Below are positions 11,536 to 24,834 of a stretch of DNA of 64,000 nucleotides, one piece after another. The stretch's first letter is position 1. Each line of letters starts with the position of its first letter. The DNA comes from Dudresnaya verticillata (lineage: Eukaryota): contig OZ374558.1 in the NCBI GenBank assembly GCA_977862235.1, forward strand, positions 1,922,001-1,986,000, read 5' to 3'. The position numbers and the translations under genes are program-made. The notes beneath the pieces were generated by a model. The model was not told where the DNA came from. It made no database searches and saw only the letters and a list, made by a program, of their open reading frames with translations.

Positions 11536-13717
11536 AGTCGGCAGTGATGGCCATAGCGGCGTTTTACAGCGTTAACGGCGACGAGCACTCTGAATGTTTC
11601 TCTTCTCTGACACCGGCACGGCTGAAAGTGCCTCAATGGAGTGGAAAAGCCTCGAAAAGACGAAATGGCGTGCGTCTTGGCACCGAAACGGCCCGGCGTC
11701 TAGGCCCGTCGATGTCCAGCCGTTCTGTGTGTACTTGAGCGTACACGACCCGACTGACTTCAACCGACTGTGTATCCCATCAGCCACCACGATGAACACG
11801 TCCGCTCAACCACCTGGGATCTAGCACTGGAACAGGCTGCGGCAGGTTGTACAGCGTGTTACACGCGTTGACTGCGCAATTGACAGCGCAGCTGATGGCA
11901 CATGGCAACGCTGGCGACGCAGCTGACGGCGCTCTTGCCACTACGCTCTGCACAACTTGGTAACGTCACCAAGGCGATGAAGCACACATCTCGGGTTCTC
12001 TATGTGAGGTTTCGTCACTTCTCCGGTGTCACAAAATGGAACCGGCAAAATATGTTTGCAATGTTGTGGAGTGAGCGTCTAGCTACCAAACTGCTGTGTA
12101 TGCAAGAGCACTCTGTGTTGACTGGTACGCCTTAAACCTGCACGCGGTTCGTTCCCAAGGAATGCCAAACTCTGGTACCAGCACATTCGACAGCTCAAGA
12201 GCCAGGGCCCTTATGCGATGCGAGGGGTTCATACTGTTATACTCTCACGCTGCGCTTAGCTTATGAGGCCTTCCGTGATCAGTCAAGACTCGCATGGTCT
12301 CATCTTTTGTAGCGCGTCAATGCATTGTTCATGTGGACAGTTTTCAAATGGACATTGTTCACATGGAAATAGGGGCAGGGCTTCTACCAGCCAAATAAAC
12401 CGCTAATATTGGAACCCCATTGTTCCATCTCTTTCAAGATTGCATAGTCCTATCCATCTCATCGACCTCAGCGACCTGAAGAACGTAAATATTGTGTTGC
12501 ATCGATTAGAGGTCCTCGTTTCAATATTATTTCAATTCGTGACCCGCTCTGTGCACACCCACATACCTCAGGATATAGCCAACTTTCAAACATAGATATT
12601 GGATATCACAATACCACTTACTAATACTTTCATGCCCCATTGCGCCGACCACGTGCCAGGGTGCCAATTGCCAAAGGTCAAACATACAATAGCTGCAGCT
12701 GGCGGACGATCTGAGTTAAACAAGGCACGCAACTGCATGACGAACTGGCGACGTTGCTGTCTCCTGAGCCCTACGCCCACTACGTTCTACGGTTGCGCGA
12801 GGATGGCCCCAGCCAGATGAATAGCGATACGCTTCGGGAGTTGCTCTACATACAAATCTTCTAGGATCTAGACCACCTCTGAACCGAAGCTGAGAGTCAT
12901 ATGCAGAAACGCGCTCCATGTTGCAGATCGCGCAGATCCCATACTCGGCCATGAGAGCGGAATCTTAAGTATGGCACAACGTTTGAACGCATGACGGCGA
13001 CGGCGATGATATATTTAGAATCGAACGGATCCCGTTTTCCGCTTGTGGCACAGTGCTCTCCGCAATGTTGCAGCGAAGAATGTGCTGCCGGATATCTTTC
13101 GAAAACGGAGTAGTTTTGTGGAACTTTCCGGCAGCGTCACAATTTCCTAAGACACGGCCAAAAGTAAATCAGAAATTCGTCTTGTACCCTGTTCTAGCAC
13201 ATCATGTAAGTTTGGGGACGGTGCAGTGCCGCAAGCTGGAAACATGACGAGCGGCGCATTGCGTGAGCGAAAATGTGAGCATTGTCGGGACGTGCGAGAT
13301 GAGACGAGCCTCGCATGACCGCGCCGCCAGTACCTTCGAAGGTACACCGCACCTCAACGGGATGCTTTCCTGAGATATGCAAGCCTTGTCGTCCTTATCG
13401 CGTTGAAGGCCCACAGTGGCATTCACATGCAGTCCAGTTTTCAACCTGTCTAATAGGCACTGTCAGGTCGTTCACAGAGCAAGGAGCCACCATGAAGATG
13501 GAACAGTGTGTGAGAACGTCGCCCTGCATGATTCAAACCACCCATAGTTCGTGAAAGAGCACGAGCGTGGCAACTTATAGAAGGAGGGGCGTTGGGTCTT
13601 CGCCAAGGTGGTGATGAATCGAACGCTACGCTGTGACTCTACCGCAGAGCCCCAAGAATATTCTTCGGTATGTTTTTCTGGTGCACGTTGTATTCTAAAC
13701 GTACCAAAAACCGAACA

Positions 13718-14415
13718 ATTCCGCTTGTTCATATCGCAACGCACGCCCCACATGCCCAGCTCGCGTCTCAAGAAGCTTGGAGCTCTGTTCCGCATCGTCC
13801 CGCCGCTTCTGCGCCAGCGTATTCTACAAAGCAAGTTCGTGTCTTCCCTCCGCCGCACTGCGCGCTCCACACACCTCCCGGCATCATGGCACGCTCGGCA
13901 AACTCTACTCGCTCTCCCGAAGCTCCGAAACCCGATTCTGAGCAACGCGATCCAGAACCCGACGACCCCATCCACCCTGCATACTGACTGCGTTTCCCAA
14001 TGGCGCTCTGCATTTCCCGGTCCGCGCAAAGCCCCAGTCCCCACCACATCACGCTTTGCCCCGGCGCTGCTACTCCCTGACCACCGTGACCGCCTGCTTG
14101 CTATCAGATGGCACTTATGCACCTTCCCAATCCCACCCCGTTGCCCCTCCTCTTGTAGGGCGCTACGCGCCCATGCCCCCGAGCTCACGAAGCTCTCGCA
14201 CGACGCCCTCCAGCCCTCGGACATCCGCTCAGTCTCATTATCGATTGCTGCGATCCGTGACCTATGCTCAGTGGACCACCCTCCCCCGTTCTCCTTGTCA
14301 CCCCCGTAACCACCTGCCCGCCCTTTATTGATACCTTGGACCCTAGGGCCGGTGCGCCTGCAAATGGGCCTTTGTTGCCTGCGCAGGACCACCTAAAACA
14401 AAAAACATGAATCAT
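13718..14415 (+). mobile_element. ~698-bp 5'-truncated LINE-like insertion (also 58333-59030; partial at 1-398)
   Basis: Interrupts CCGAACA|CTGCCGTTCG, which is uninterrupted at 2280-2296, ~28305, ~36136 and ~46895. Open frame to 14309, then an A-rich tail AAAACAAAAAACA. Only CA is duplicated at the junction. Confidence 0.65.
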
Positions 14416-16533
14416 CACTGCCGTTCGCATTATCCTTGATAGGAAATCCCGGCGCCCTGGAGGTGAGCAGGTTGGTTGACACAGCTGAGGATCGAGCAGG
14501 TTGAAATGTGTTTCGCTCAAAGAAGACCGGTACAAGCAGCGTTCAAAGACCGGTTTTGTCCGGGAAGCGGCAGCGGTTCTGGACGGCGTGACCTTTGTTA
14601 CATATTAAAGGCCGTCCCCTCTTCAACCTTGTACGGTCGGCGTGTAGTGGGTAATACAACCACATCTCTATGTCGACGTTGCTCACCGAACACCTTCTTC
14701 ATCATTCGAACACCATAGCCGTACAGAGCTTTGCACGAGCCGTCGAAACAGAATTGCACGGATCGCCTGTCGAAGAATCAAGAACGGCACCTACTTCGAA
14801 TTCCATTCCTTCTGTCTATATCAACTGAACCTCGCTAGTCGACATGAAAGCATAGGTAAGATATGTTTTTATAATTGCTCTCCACATCATCATGACGCCG
14901 TATAACGGTCTAGTACAGTTAGAATTAGACTTTCTGCATCGTTCCTTCCTCCTGAATTCTGTAACAGAGTGTTTGCCAATCGTGGAATGGGCCTGGTTGG
15001 TCCTCCGAACCTGCTGGAGATCCCTACAAAACCTAAATAGAGCTCTACTAATATCAACGCAACGTGGCTGAGCAAGCTGTTAAAGAGTCCACCCTTCCGC
15101 TGCCGAAACACCCTCGACAACGGATGGGCTTCCTACTTCCACACCCACATACCTCAGGATATAGCCAACTTTCAAACATAGATATTGGATATCACAATAC
15201 CACTTACTAATACTTTCATGCCCCATTGCGCCGACCACGTGCCAGGGCGCCAATTTCCAAAGGTCAAGCATACAATAGCTGCAGCTGGCGGACGATCTGA
15301 GTTAAACAAGGCACGCAACTGCGCGACGAACTGGCGACGTTGCCGTCTCCTGAGCTCTACGCCCACTACGTTCTACGGTTGCGCGAGGATGGCCCCAGCC
15401 AGATGAATAGCGATACGCCTCGAGAGTGGCTCTACATACAAATCTTCTAGGATCTAGACCACCTCTGAACCGAAGCTGAGAGTCATATGCAGAAACGCGC
15501 TCCAGGTTGCAGATCGCGCAGATCCCGCACTCGGCCATGAGAGCGGAATCTTAAGTATGGAACAACGTGTGAACGCATGACGGCGACGGCGATGATATAT
15601 TGAGAATCGAACGGATCCCGTTTTCCGCTTGTGGCACAGTGCTCTCCGCAATGTTGCAGCGAAGAATGTGCTGCCGGATATCTTTCGAAAACGGAGTAGT
15701 TTTGTGGAACTTTCCGGCAGCGTCACAATTTCCTAAGACACGGCCAAAAGTAAATCAGAAATTCGTCTTGTACCCTGTTTTAGCACATCATGTAAGTTTG
15801 GGGACGGTGCAGTGCCGCAAGCTGGAAACATGACGAGCGGCGCATTGCGTGAGCGAAAATGTGAGCATTGTCGGGACGTGCGAGATGAGACGAGCCTCGC
15901 ATGACCGCGCCGCCAGTACCTTCGAAGGTACACCGCACCTCAACGGGATGCTTTCCTGAGATATGCAAGCCTTGTCGTCCTTATCGCGTTGAAGGCCCAC
16001 AGTGGCATTCACATGCAGTCCAGTTTTCAACCTGTCTAATAGGCACTGTCAGGCCGTTCACGGAGCAAGGAGCCACCATGAAGATGGAACAGTGTGTGAG
16101 AACGTCGCCCTACATGATTCAAACCACCCATAGTTCGTGAAAGAGCACGAGCGTGGCAACTTATAGAAGGAGGGGCGTTGGGTCTTCGCCAAGGTGGTGA
16201 TGAATCGAACGCTACGCTGTGACTCTACCGCAGAGCCCCAAGAATATTCTTAGGTATGTTTTTCTGGTGCACGTTGTATTCCAAACGTACCAAAACCCGA
16301 ACACTGCCGTTCGCATTATCCTTGGTAGGAGATCCTAGCGGCCTGGAAGTGAGCAGGTTTGTTGACAGAGCTAGGGGCCGAGCGGGTTGAAATGTTTTTG
16401 GCTCAAAGAAGAGCAGTAGAAGCAGCCTTCAAATATCGGCTTTGTCCGGAAACTTGAAAGGGAATGTACTAGTCTATGATCCGAGTCATCTATACAGCCT
16501 TTACGAATCGAAAGAACTAATATGCTGTAGATA

Positions 16534-17661
16534 CTACATACTACCGATAATGTCTTGGAGCACCCTGTAATCTTCGTCTTGAACGTCAGAAACACTCTCT
16601 AAGTACGTAAAGTATTCCTGTATGGCAGGAGGCACTGAGCTACACAGGCGAGTGATCGGGGTTCTGAGCTTCATCATTAAAATCTCATCTGCTTCGATAT
16701 CCTGATCCCAAATTAATTTGCCTTGCAGCATGTGTAGAAGTACATATCCTAAGCTTTCAAATTCATCGGCTGGAGACTGAACGTGATGGCAATGTGCAGC
16801 TATTGGGGCATATATCAACGTCCCGACGAACGGCACCTCAACCTGCTCAGCTTCTTGAAAGAAACATGATGTACCAAAATCGATTACATGTATGTAGTTG
16901 AGGTTGTCTCGATCGAACACAATATTTGCAGGTTTAAGGTCGCGGTGAAGATAGCCAAGACCATGCAATTTTCGAAGGCGATGGAGCACCTGGATTCCGA
17001 TACTAGCTGTGAGTTTGGCAGATAGGCGCCCTCCACTTACATCCATGAGAGATTCGATAGAGGGACCATGCAAGTTCATGACCATAAAAGGATAGCCCGA
17101 ATGACTTGCGAGATATCTGCAAGGTGGAAAATGTTCCGGATACCTCTCGTTCAATATTCTATAGAGTCCAAATTCCAAATTAACGAATGACGCATCCACT
17201 TCGAGTGGGTTATTTTCCACCTTGACTGCGGCAGTCTCATTTCGGTGCAAATCAAATGCCTCATAGACACCGCCGCATGCGCCGCTACCAATCTTCCTTT
17301 TCAGAGCCCACCGGCCAGCTAGAAGCTCGCCTTCGAATGCAGGCGCGCGCACTGGATGACTCAGCTCTTCTTCAGATTGCATTTTTTGTTGTCTCACCTG
17401 ACCCGTGGCAGCGCCGGTAGGTAACTCGTATGCCTCTTTTGACAATCTAGCTTCCACAATATTCTTGCTTTCAATGACATGGTTTTTTTCAATCGGCTTC
17501 AAATCGCGGTTTTGATTTTCATGACGCTTGTCCCCGGAAACATTGATACCCCCAATCTTCAGGTCCTTCATTCTGACTGAGACGAAGATATTCTGGCCCG
17601 AGTTTCGTCCAGCTACAATGGTGCGAAGGGAAGTTTTTTGTTGAGAAAATGCTTGTCCCAT
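16534..17661 (-). CDS. CK1-like kinase, copy 2
   Basis: Translation identical to copy 1. Confidence 0.9.
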   Translation of the reverse strand: MGQAFSQQKTSLRTIVAGRNSGQNIFVSVRMKDLKIGGINVSGDKRHENQNRDLKPIEKNHVIESKNIVEARLSKEAYELPTGAATGQVRQQKMQSEEELSHPVRAPAFEGELLAGRWALKRKIGSGACGGVYEAFDLHRNETAAVKVENNPLEVDASFVNLEFGLYRILNERYPEHFPPCRYLASHSGYPFMVMNLHGPSIESLMDVSGGRLSAKLTASIGIQVLHRLRKLHGLGYLHRDLKPANIVFDRDNLNYIHVIDFGTSCFFQEAEQVEVPFVGTLIYAPIAAHCHHVQSPADEFESLGYVLLHMLQGKLIWDQDIEADEILMMKLRTPITRLCSSVPPAIQEYFTYLESVSDVQDEDYRVLQDIIGSM

Positions 17662-18608
17662 ATTTGCGTTCTGATTTGAATACTCTGTGGCTCGAATGCT
17701 GTTCCGAAACGTTGCGGAAGAAAGCTTTGATAAGCACTTATTGACGGGGTGTTCTTTGGAGAGCTTGTTTTTCTCAAGAAAGTTTATGTATAAAATGAAC
17801 TCTAGCGTCATTACGGCACGGCCCAAACCTTTTTTCCTTTTTTTCTATATTTGTGACAGCACTTGGGAATCACACCTACAGTGGCAATAAACTTTATTGG
17901 GAGCATGGTACCATCATTGCAGGCATCACAGAAGTCACGAAAAGATTACTCGGTCTTGGAACGCGTTTGCCACGTCACACACAAGCATCCAACAGTATAC
18001 TCACAGAATATGTAGGATGTGCTCGACCTGGGTAGACAGCATTTAGCACATTATCGATAAAATGAAGTCGGCAGATAGTTAGACGTGAACACGAGCAGTT
18101 GTTCTTCAACGTAAATTCCGGAGTGTAACCCTTTCTTAATTGTGTCCATAAAGAGAAGGCCTTTTTTGTCAACTAATGTCCCACCCAAACGACAAGGGTT
18201 GCTGTAGCCGTTGTTCTATAATGAAGGATGACAAATACTTTCTTTACAGCAACAAGTTTCCCATGGCGGACATCTCGGCCATGTTTTCTACGACATGGGT
18301 TTATTCGCGCAGTTGCAGAACGCCTCCACGTCGTATCTTTATTACGGCATTTTAATGCAACAACCTTTTTGTTTCAGCGCTGTCGCACACTCAGCGCATT
18401 TTTTGTGCCGTCCTCCTATTCTATTGCCTACGATATTCGCAAGTAGCGTAGCCATATCCAACCGTTGTGAAAAAGAAGCCATGTCGAATTGCCGACTCCT
18501 TCCATTTTTAGTATTATTTTTAACGCAGTCGTACCTGATTCGTCCAGTCGCCTCATTCGCATCGCCGATTGGCCGTGCGCGATTTGATCCCAGATATTTT
18601 GTACAGAG

Positions 18609-19661
18609 AGAGAGAGACCTTTATTAAACAACAAGAGAGAAGCCCCTTAAGGGGGCTTAGGATTCAGAGCTACCATAAAGAGGCGGAGGAGCAAGCTTGC
18701 GGCGGTTGACACTCACCGCCACGCATTGGAGAACTAAAGAGAGTAAACGAGTAGTGAGGCGAAGTTTCTCCGTAGACGGAGAGGTCCCGCGCTTGCTGGC
18801 AATGAAATTAGCAATACGTTGGGCGCCAACTTCAAAGCCAGATCCAACACGGCCATAGACATCTACAACCATAGGATGGATAACCATATCCAAACTAGCG
18901 CACACGCGGCGGTAATGAGAGCGTTTGACACGTTCGCGAGCTGCAATGGCTTGGCCAGCAACGCGACCAGTGGAACCATGAATAGAATGGGGACTGACGA
19001 CCGAGACATCAAATCCATGGGGGTGAGGGGCAAAGCCACGATCATCAACGAAAATATCCATACGCAGTTGGTCACGTGGATCAACAGTATTATTTTTAAC
19101 GCAGTCGTACCTGATTCGCCCAGTCGCCTCATTCTCATCGCCGATTGGCCGTGCGCGATTTGATCCCAGATATTTTGTACAGAGAGAGAGAGACCTTTAT
19201 TAAACAACAAGAGAGAAGCCCCTTAAGGGGGCTTAGGATTCAGAGCTACCATAAAGAGGCGGAGGAGCAAGCTTGCGGCGGTTGACACTCACCGCCACGC
19301 ATTGGAGAACTAAAGAGAGTAAACGAGTAGTGAGGCGAAGTTTCTCCGTAGACGGAGAGGTCCCGCGCTTGCTGGCAATGAAATTAGCAATACGTTGGGC
19401 GCCAACTTCAAAGCCAGATCCAACACGGCCATAGACATCTACAACCATAGGATGGATAACCATATCCAAACTAGCGCACACGCGGCGGTAATGAGAGCGT
19501 TTGACACGTTCGCGAGCTGCAATGGCTTGGCCAGCAACGCGACCAGTGGAACCATGAATAGAATGGGGACTGACGACCGAGACATCAAATCCATGGGGGT
19601 GAGGGGCAAAGCCACGATCATCAACGAAAATATCCATACGCAGTTGGTCACGTGGATCAAC
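18609..19661 (-). mobile_element. Two tandem copies (18609-19085, 19185-19661) of the truncated RLE element, period 576 bp
   Basis: ORF ends at 18657 and 19233; three copies of the 99-bp repeat. Confidence 0.9.
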
Positions 19662-21928
19662 AGTATTATTTTTAACGCAGTCGTACCTGATTCGCCCAGT
19701 CGCCTCATTCTCATCGCCGATTGGCCGTGCGCGATTTGATCCCAGATATTTTGTACAGAGCGCGGAGCGACGCCGAGCGGCAATCGCTCCAATCACCTCC
19801 ATCCCGGCCGTGATACCTCCTCAGCCCACAAGTCCCACTACCGCCTTCGTCAACCTCGTGTTCTCGTCCGAGTCGCGCCAGCGCCCTTTTCAGACAGCGA
19901 CGAAAAGAGCACGTGCCCTTGAATCGAGCGTGTGATCAAGCGTCAACCGGGAGGCGGAATCGGCGCGCGTGGGGAATAGCAGGGAGGCGACAACCGCGGC
20001 AGCCATGGAGTCACCGTCGTTGTGCGGGAGGTTGAACGAACTTGCTCTGCGAAACAAATATGTAACGGTGAGCTGAGCAAGGCACCGCCTGGTTGTGAAG
20101 ATCTCGCCACCGCCAGGAGAGGGTGCCGTTGGTGAGGCCGAGTTTCTCCTGTTCCATCGGACTCAATAGTCTGGCCCGACCACATGCGACAAGTGGAAGC
20201 GGCCTGCCAATGACATTGCTTCGTGTTTTACGTCTAATACCACTCTGTATGGGACATAAAGGACCGTTGTGGGCGGAGAATGAGAGAGGCATAACATAAG
20301 CGGTTCTACCGTGCAATACTCTTCTCGAGATTTGCCTACATGACGAATCAGTTTTTGTTTTTCTACTGCAACGAGTCCAGAAAGTGTGAGATCATGGACC
20401 TTGACGTGATCACATGGCGTTTCGATGACGATGATACCTAAGAGAGCGCGTCTTGTCAACGACGTTCCTGGGTTTATGCTCCAAGGCGTATGGTAACGAA
20501 GGTAATGCTCGCCTGTTACTGCGCACGCGGGATACAAGTAGAGGCACGCACCTCCCACCACCCAACAACCAAGATGACCGATCAGAATCACCCCACCAAA
20601 CACAGCCGTCTATCGACAGGGGCCGAACAAAATCGAACTTCTTGGATCCGCGCAACCTAGTCGCTGAGATGCACCAAACCTTGTTCATCATGACCGATGC
20701 TACAAATCCGGACAAAAGGATGCAGTTTCTCGAAGCAGTCGTTTCTCGAAGCAGGCGTTTCTCGAAGCAGGCGTTTCTCAAAGCAGGCTAGACGGAGCTA
20801 GCGCAGGGAAAGCTCCAGTATTACCGCTATCTCGAAGACCACCTCCCGGTACATATACATTTCGATATGGCCGAAATGTGCATCCCACAAAGTGTGATCC
20901 TGGCGCCCCTCCTGTGCAGAGGGAGGGGCTTTTTCGTCGATCCGGCGCGGAGAGAGAGGAATACAGCTGCTCACGATTTGGTGCAGATTACAATCGCGCT
21001 GCAGAAGCAATACGGTCGCGGACATTGTTCGCAAAGACACATCCTCGTTCTGCGTCGAGAAGAATATAATGAAGAAGGCGTTGGCTTCTTGGTAGGAAGG
21101 CTGCAAGACGTGTGGCTCTATCCCGTAGATCCGTTGAGGGATTGTGCGCTGGGTCCGACACGCCACTGTCGCACCTTACGCCCCGGCTTCGGTGGGGTTG
21201 GGCGGCGAGGCGCAGCACATGCGCCGTCCCGCAATGGGCACATTTGGTTGGACGTATGGTGCGACAGGTGTCCTAACAGGAAGCTCTGCACCGTTTGATT
21301 GGCTCAAGTTCGAAGCACGTCGTCTTCCGAACCGCCTCCGTCGCTCAGCACGCATTGACACGCATTGCCACTGCAGGTGCGCAGCAGCATTGCATTCCAC
21401 TGCATTCCAGCTATGCCACATTTCAGCACTACGTCTTCAAATTGCGTACAAACGTGCACTGTAGCACATCCGTACCTCCCCCACATTGATCCTCCGCCAT
21501 GACGTGATTCTGTTCCTAACATCGCGATTTCCCGCTCCAAAACCGCCGCGCTGTCGCCGAGGTCACCGCCGACACCGTTCACCGCCAATCGCGGGAGCGT
21601 CTTCGTCCAAACCCTACTCCCGCCCGCTACAGGCGCCATTCCCGCGTGTCACGCCCACCCGGCCGTCGCATCCGCCCCCACCATTCTCTCGTCACGCCCA
21701 CCCGCGCCAAGACCGCGAAAAAAACCGCCCGCAACTTATAATGCCCGGTCCCCCCTGCTCCGCCTCACCACACCCCTCGCCTCCCTTCCAAGTTTCAAGC
21801 ACATCCCCCACCGTCTTCGAACGCTCGTACACACCCGCACAACCGTTGCCAGCCCTCTCTCTCTGTCCCCTCATCTCTCCCCGCCGCTGCCTCGAACCTG
21901 CCCTCCACCTCGCAACGGCAACCTCACC

Positions 21929-22819
21929 ATGAACTTCCAGCACAACGACCCGCCGCTTCCGTCCTCCTCCGCCCCGGCCCCGGCCCTGGCCTCTACCTCG
22001 TCCCCGACCTCGGCCCCGGCCTCCGCCTCGGCCTCGGCCCCGGCCTCGGCCCCGGCCTCTGCTGCCGACCAGATCCACATCCAGCTGGGCAGGATCGATG
22101 CCCCGATGCCCCGAAGAGAGCCAAGGCCAGTCGTGCCAGCCCGCACCTCCCCGCCGAGAAGGGCAAGGCAGAGTTGGCCGCAGCAATCGCCGCCAATTAT
22201 CAGGATCCGGGCCGCAACGTCAAGGATAGATTCAAGCGCACCGTCGCTGGGTGCAACAATTCCTTCCTGTCCAGGTACAACCTCAAAGCCCTACAGATGT
22301 ACGGAGTCTGGTTGATGCGCGTGCGAGCTTGGTGAGCGTGGTTGATGCGCGTGCGAGCTTGGTGAGCGTGGTTGATGCGCGTGCGAGCACGCGCATCAAC
22401 CAGACTCCGTACATCTGCAAGGAGACCAACTGCGGTAAGCGGTTCAAGTGGAAGAGCAGCTTGTTACATCATTGCAGGTCCCACGGCGTCAAGCGCCTCG
22501 CTCGCTTACAATCATGAGAGTCAGAGTCAGGGCGCGGCGAGCGCGGGCGCAGCTGCCGCGCATGCTGCAAAGCTGTCCTAGCAGCACAACCCCGGTCACA
22601 TCAACTCCGCTCACATCGCCATTGTCGATGGGCCGCGTGCAAGCGAGCCGGTCAACGCCACGGCCGCAGGCGTTCCATCTGGCAATGCGCCGCGGGTCTG
22701 AATGGAGTGATCGGGTTTGGAGACCTGATGCGCCGGATCGTATGGGCGCTGATCAGCTTCCGGGTGAGCACGTGGAGAGTTTCATGCAGGGTGACCTCAT
22801 TCCTGGGCAGCATAACTAA
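21929..22819 (+). pseudogene. C2H2 zinc-finger pseudogene, copy 2
   Basis: Same sequence at +14593. Confidence 0.8.
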
Positions 22820-23724
22820 GAAGCAGATGCGGGAGGAGCTCAACAATTAACATTGTAGCACTAATCGACTGTAGATTAACTTGTCTCACCCCGTTTCGCT
22901 TCTCCCTGTTGTGAATACTCTTGTGGATATCTGCTTTTGTTTGTTTTGTAAATCTCACTGTGTTTGGAGCGCTAGCTGCGCTCGATCTCGTGTATATCGC
23001 TTTACTCTTCTGTTGCCACTGGGAGCGCGGCCACTACCTCTGCGATCGGTGCGAGGACGAATCTCAGATGTTTGGTTGAGAACGAATGGATTATGAATGG
23101 TCTATGACGCTTGCGTTGAGAGGGTTGGAGGTGGGCGGCATGCTCGCTCAAAAGTTCACGCTTCGTGTTAAAGCTTCGCTGGGTAAGGAGAGGGGGTTGG
23201 GGGCGGCGAATGGGAAGGTTCGTAAATGCCACCTCACTGCGAGCTTCCGCTCGCGGTTATCGGCAAGTCGGAGGGCGGAAGGCAGGGTATGCCTGGACAA
23301 TACGGGTGCGCTTCGCGGGCTTGCCAGGGACGTTTACCATTCGGCTCAGATGGAGGCTGGAATGTCGGCATAGCGTGAGGGGCAGCGGAGGTATTCCTGG
23401 AGTATCGATAAGGGGAGCATATGGACAGCGTTGCGTTGATTGTTTGCTGTGTGTGCCGGCAGGCAGGCGGCAGTGGGCTTGCGCGAGCGCGCGAGTTTCC
23501 GCAGTCCTGCGGATAGCTTGTGTTGGATGGATACCGCGGTTTGCCCTTTGCCTCGGGGACCGGAAGGCTGGATCGTGGGAAAACGTCTTTTTTTACGGCT
23601 AGCTCAGGCCAGGGCATTGGATGACTTGGAGTTTTGCAGAGTATCAGAAACTGGCGCGAAAAGTTTGCCGTGGAAACTCGAGAACAAATTCGTCGGCCGC
23701 TTCCAGTCTTGACGAAACGCCCGC

Positions 23725-24834
23725 ATGCTGGGAAAGTTTCTTAACACGTTTATGGGCCTTTCCGCCCATCTGCGTTGCTTTTCCGCACCCCTGCTACATC
23801 AACCTGCTACATTCGCCCACCGTTTTCTCTCTCATAGACCTCCTCTCCCTTTCCACGCAGCCTCCGCTCGAGTCGCACGTCAGTTGGCGTGTCAACCCAT
23901 CGGTCCCAAACTGTTCCCAGCCTGCAACCACACCACCGCCGACAAGATGAACTCCCTTGCAAAGGCCGGCCCTGGTCACCCACAAACAACTGCGATCACC
24001 GGGGCTGGACCAAAGCCTCAGAAACGCCATTCCGCCAAGCCCAACAAGGAGACCTCGTATCTCGACAAAAGGGCATCGAGCAAGGTCTGTTCAGGCCAAA
24101 CGGAGCTCACAGCACGGGTGCCCACTGCGCTTGAGCATTCTGATGCATCACGTGCTCAGAAGGATAGTGTGGTCAGTAATGAGGGCGGCAAACTTCAGCA
24201 AAAGCGTCGCTCTTGTAGAGAGGCATACAAACTTGCGGGCTTCCGTCTACCCGAGAAACGACTTCCGATGCCTGATCCGCTCCCTCTCAAGCCCGTTGTG
24301 CGTTTCGCAAAGCCCAGCAGCAAAACTCTGTGGTCCGTGATTCGAGACGACGAGTGCAAGTTGGAAGAGTTGTTCAAGCGACTTTCCAACCGTCCAGTCT
24401 ACAACCCCGAAGCGCAAAGGCAGGTTCTCGACATCAGTAAGAAATGCTTCGACGCTGTGTCCCAACGCCGTGAAGTTATCAAAGGGGAGCTGAAGTCGTA
24501 CCAAGAGAAGCTCGTGGTTGTCTGCGATCGGGAGACGAACGCAAACACAAGCGGTAACAAGAAGAGCTCGAATTCGTGGCAGGTAGTCGAGGAGCGATCA
24601 TCTGCCACGAAAACCAAGAGGATCGAAGAGGACATTGGGCATCTCCAGAGGATTCTCCGGGAACAGGACGGATTGTACCACTCCATTCGATACCAGCGTC
24701 GGGATGTAAAGCGCGAGATTGGAGTCGTTAAGGGAAGAATTTGGGATGCTTGCAAGAGGCATTGGAAAGCTCAAAATGCCTGGTTTCTCAATGAAAGGAT
24801 CTTCAGCGCTCAGAGAAGCATGGGGAAGAAGTGA
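23725..24834 (+). CDS. Hypothetical protein, copy 2
   Basis: Identical translation. Confidence 0.55.
   Translation: MLGKFLNTFMGLSAHLRCFSAPLLHQPATFAHRFLSHRPPLPFHAASARVARQLACQPIGPKLFPACNHTTADKMNSLAKAGPGHPQTTAITGAGPKPQKRHSAKPNKETSYLDKRASSKVCSGQTELTARVPTALEHSDASRAQKDSVVSNEGGKLQQKRRSCREAYKLAGFRLPEKRLPMPDPLPLKPVVRFAKPSSKTLWSVIRDDECKLEELFKRLSNRPVYNPEAQRQVLDISKKCFDAVSQRREVIKGELKSYQEKLVVVCDRETNANTSGNKKSSNSWQVVEERSSATKTKRIEEDIGHLQRILREQDGLYHSIRYQRRDVKREIGVVKGRIWDACKRHWKAQNAWFLNERIFSAQRSMGKK

Larger units (their letters stand above)
1..14017. repeat. ~14,017-bp tandem segmental unit, copy 1 (window starts mid-unit)
   Basis: ORFs and sequence recur at +14017 (39->14056, 2517->16534), +44615 and +58632 with only scattered SNPs. 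Confidence 0.97.

Noticed and set aside
13472..14392. 306-aa minus-strand ORF
   Set aside because: It crosses the insertion boundary and is antisense to the LINE-like frame.
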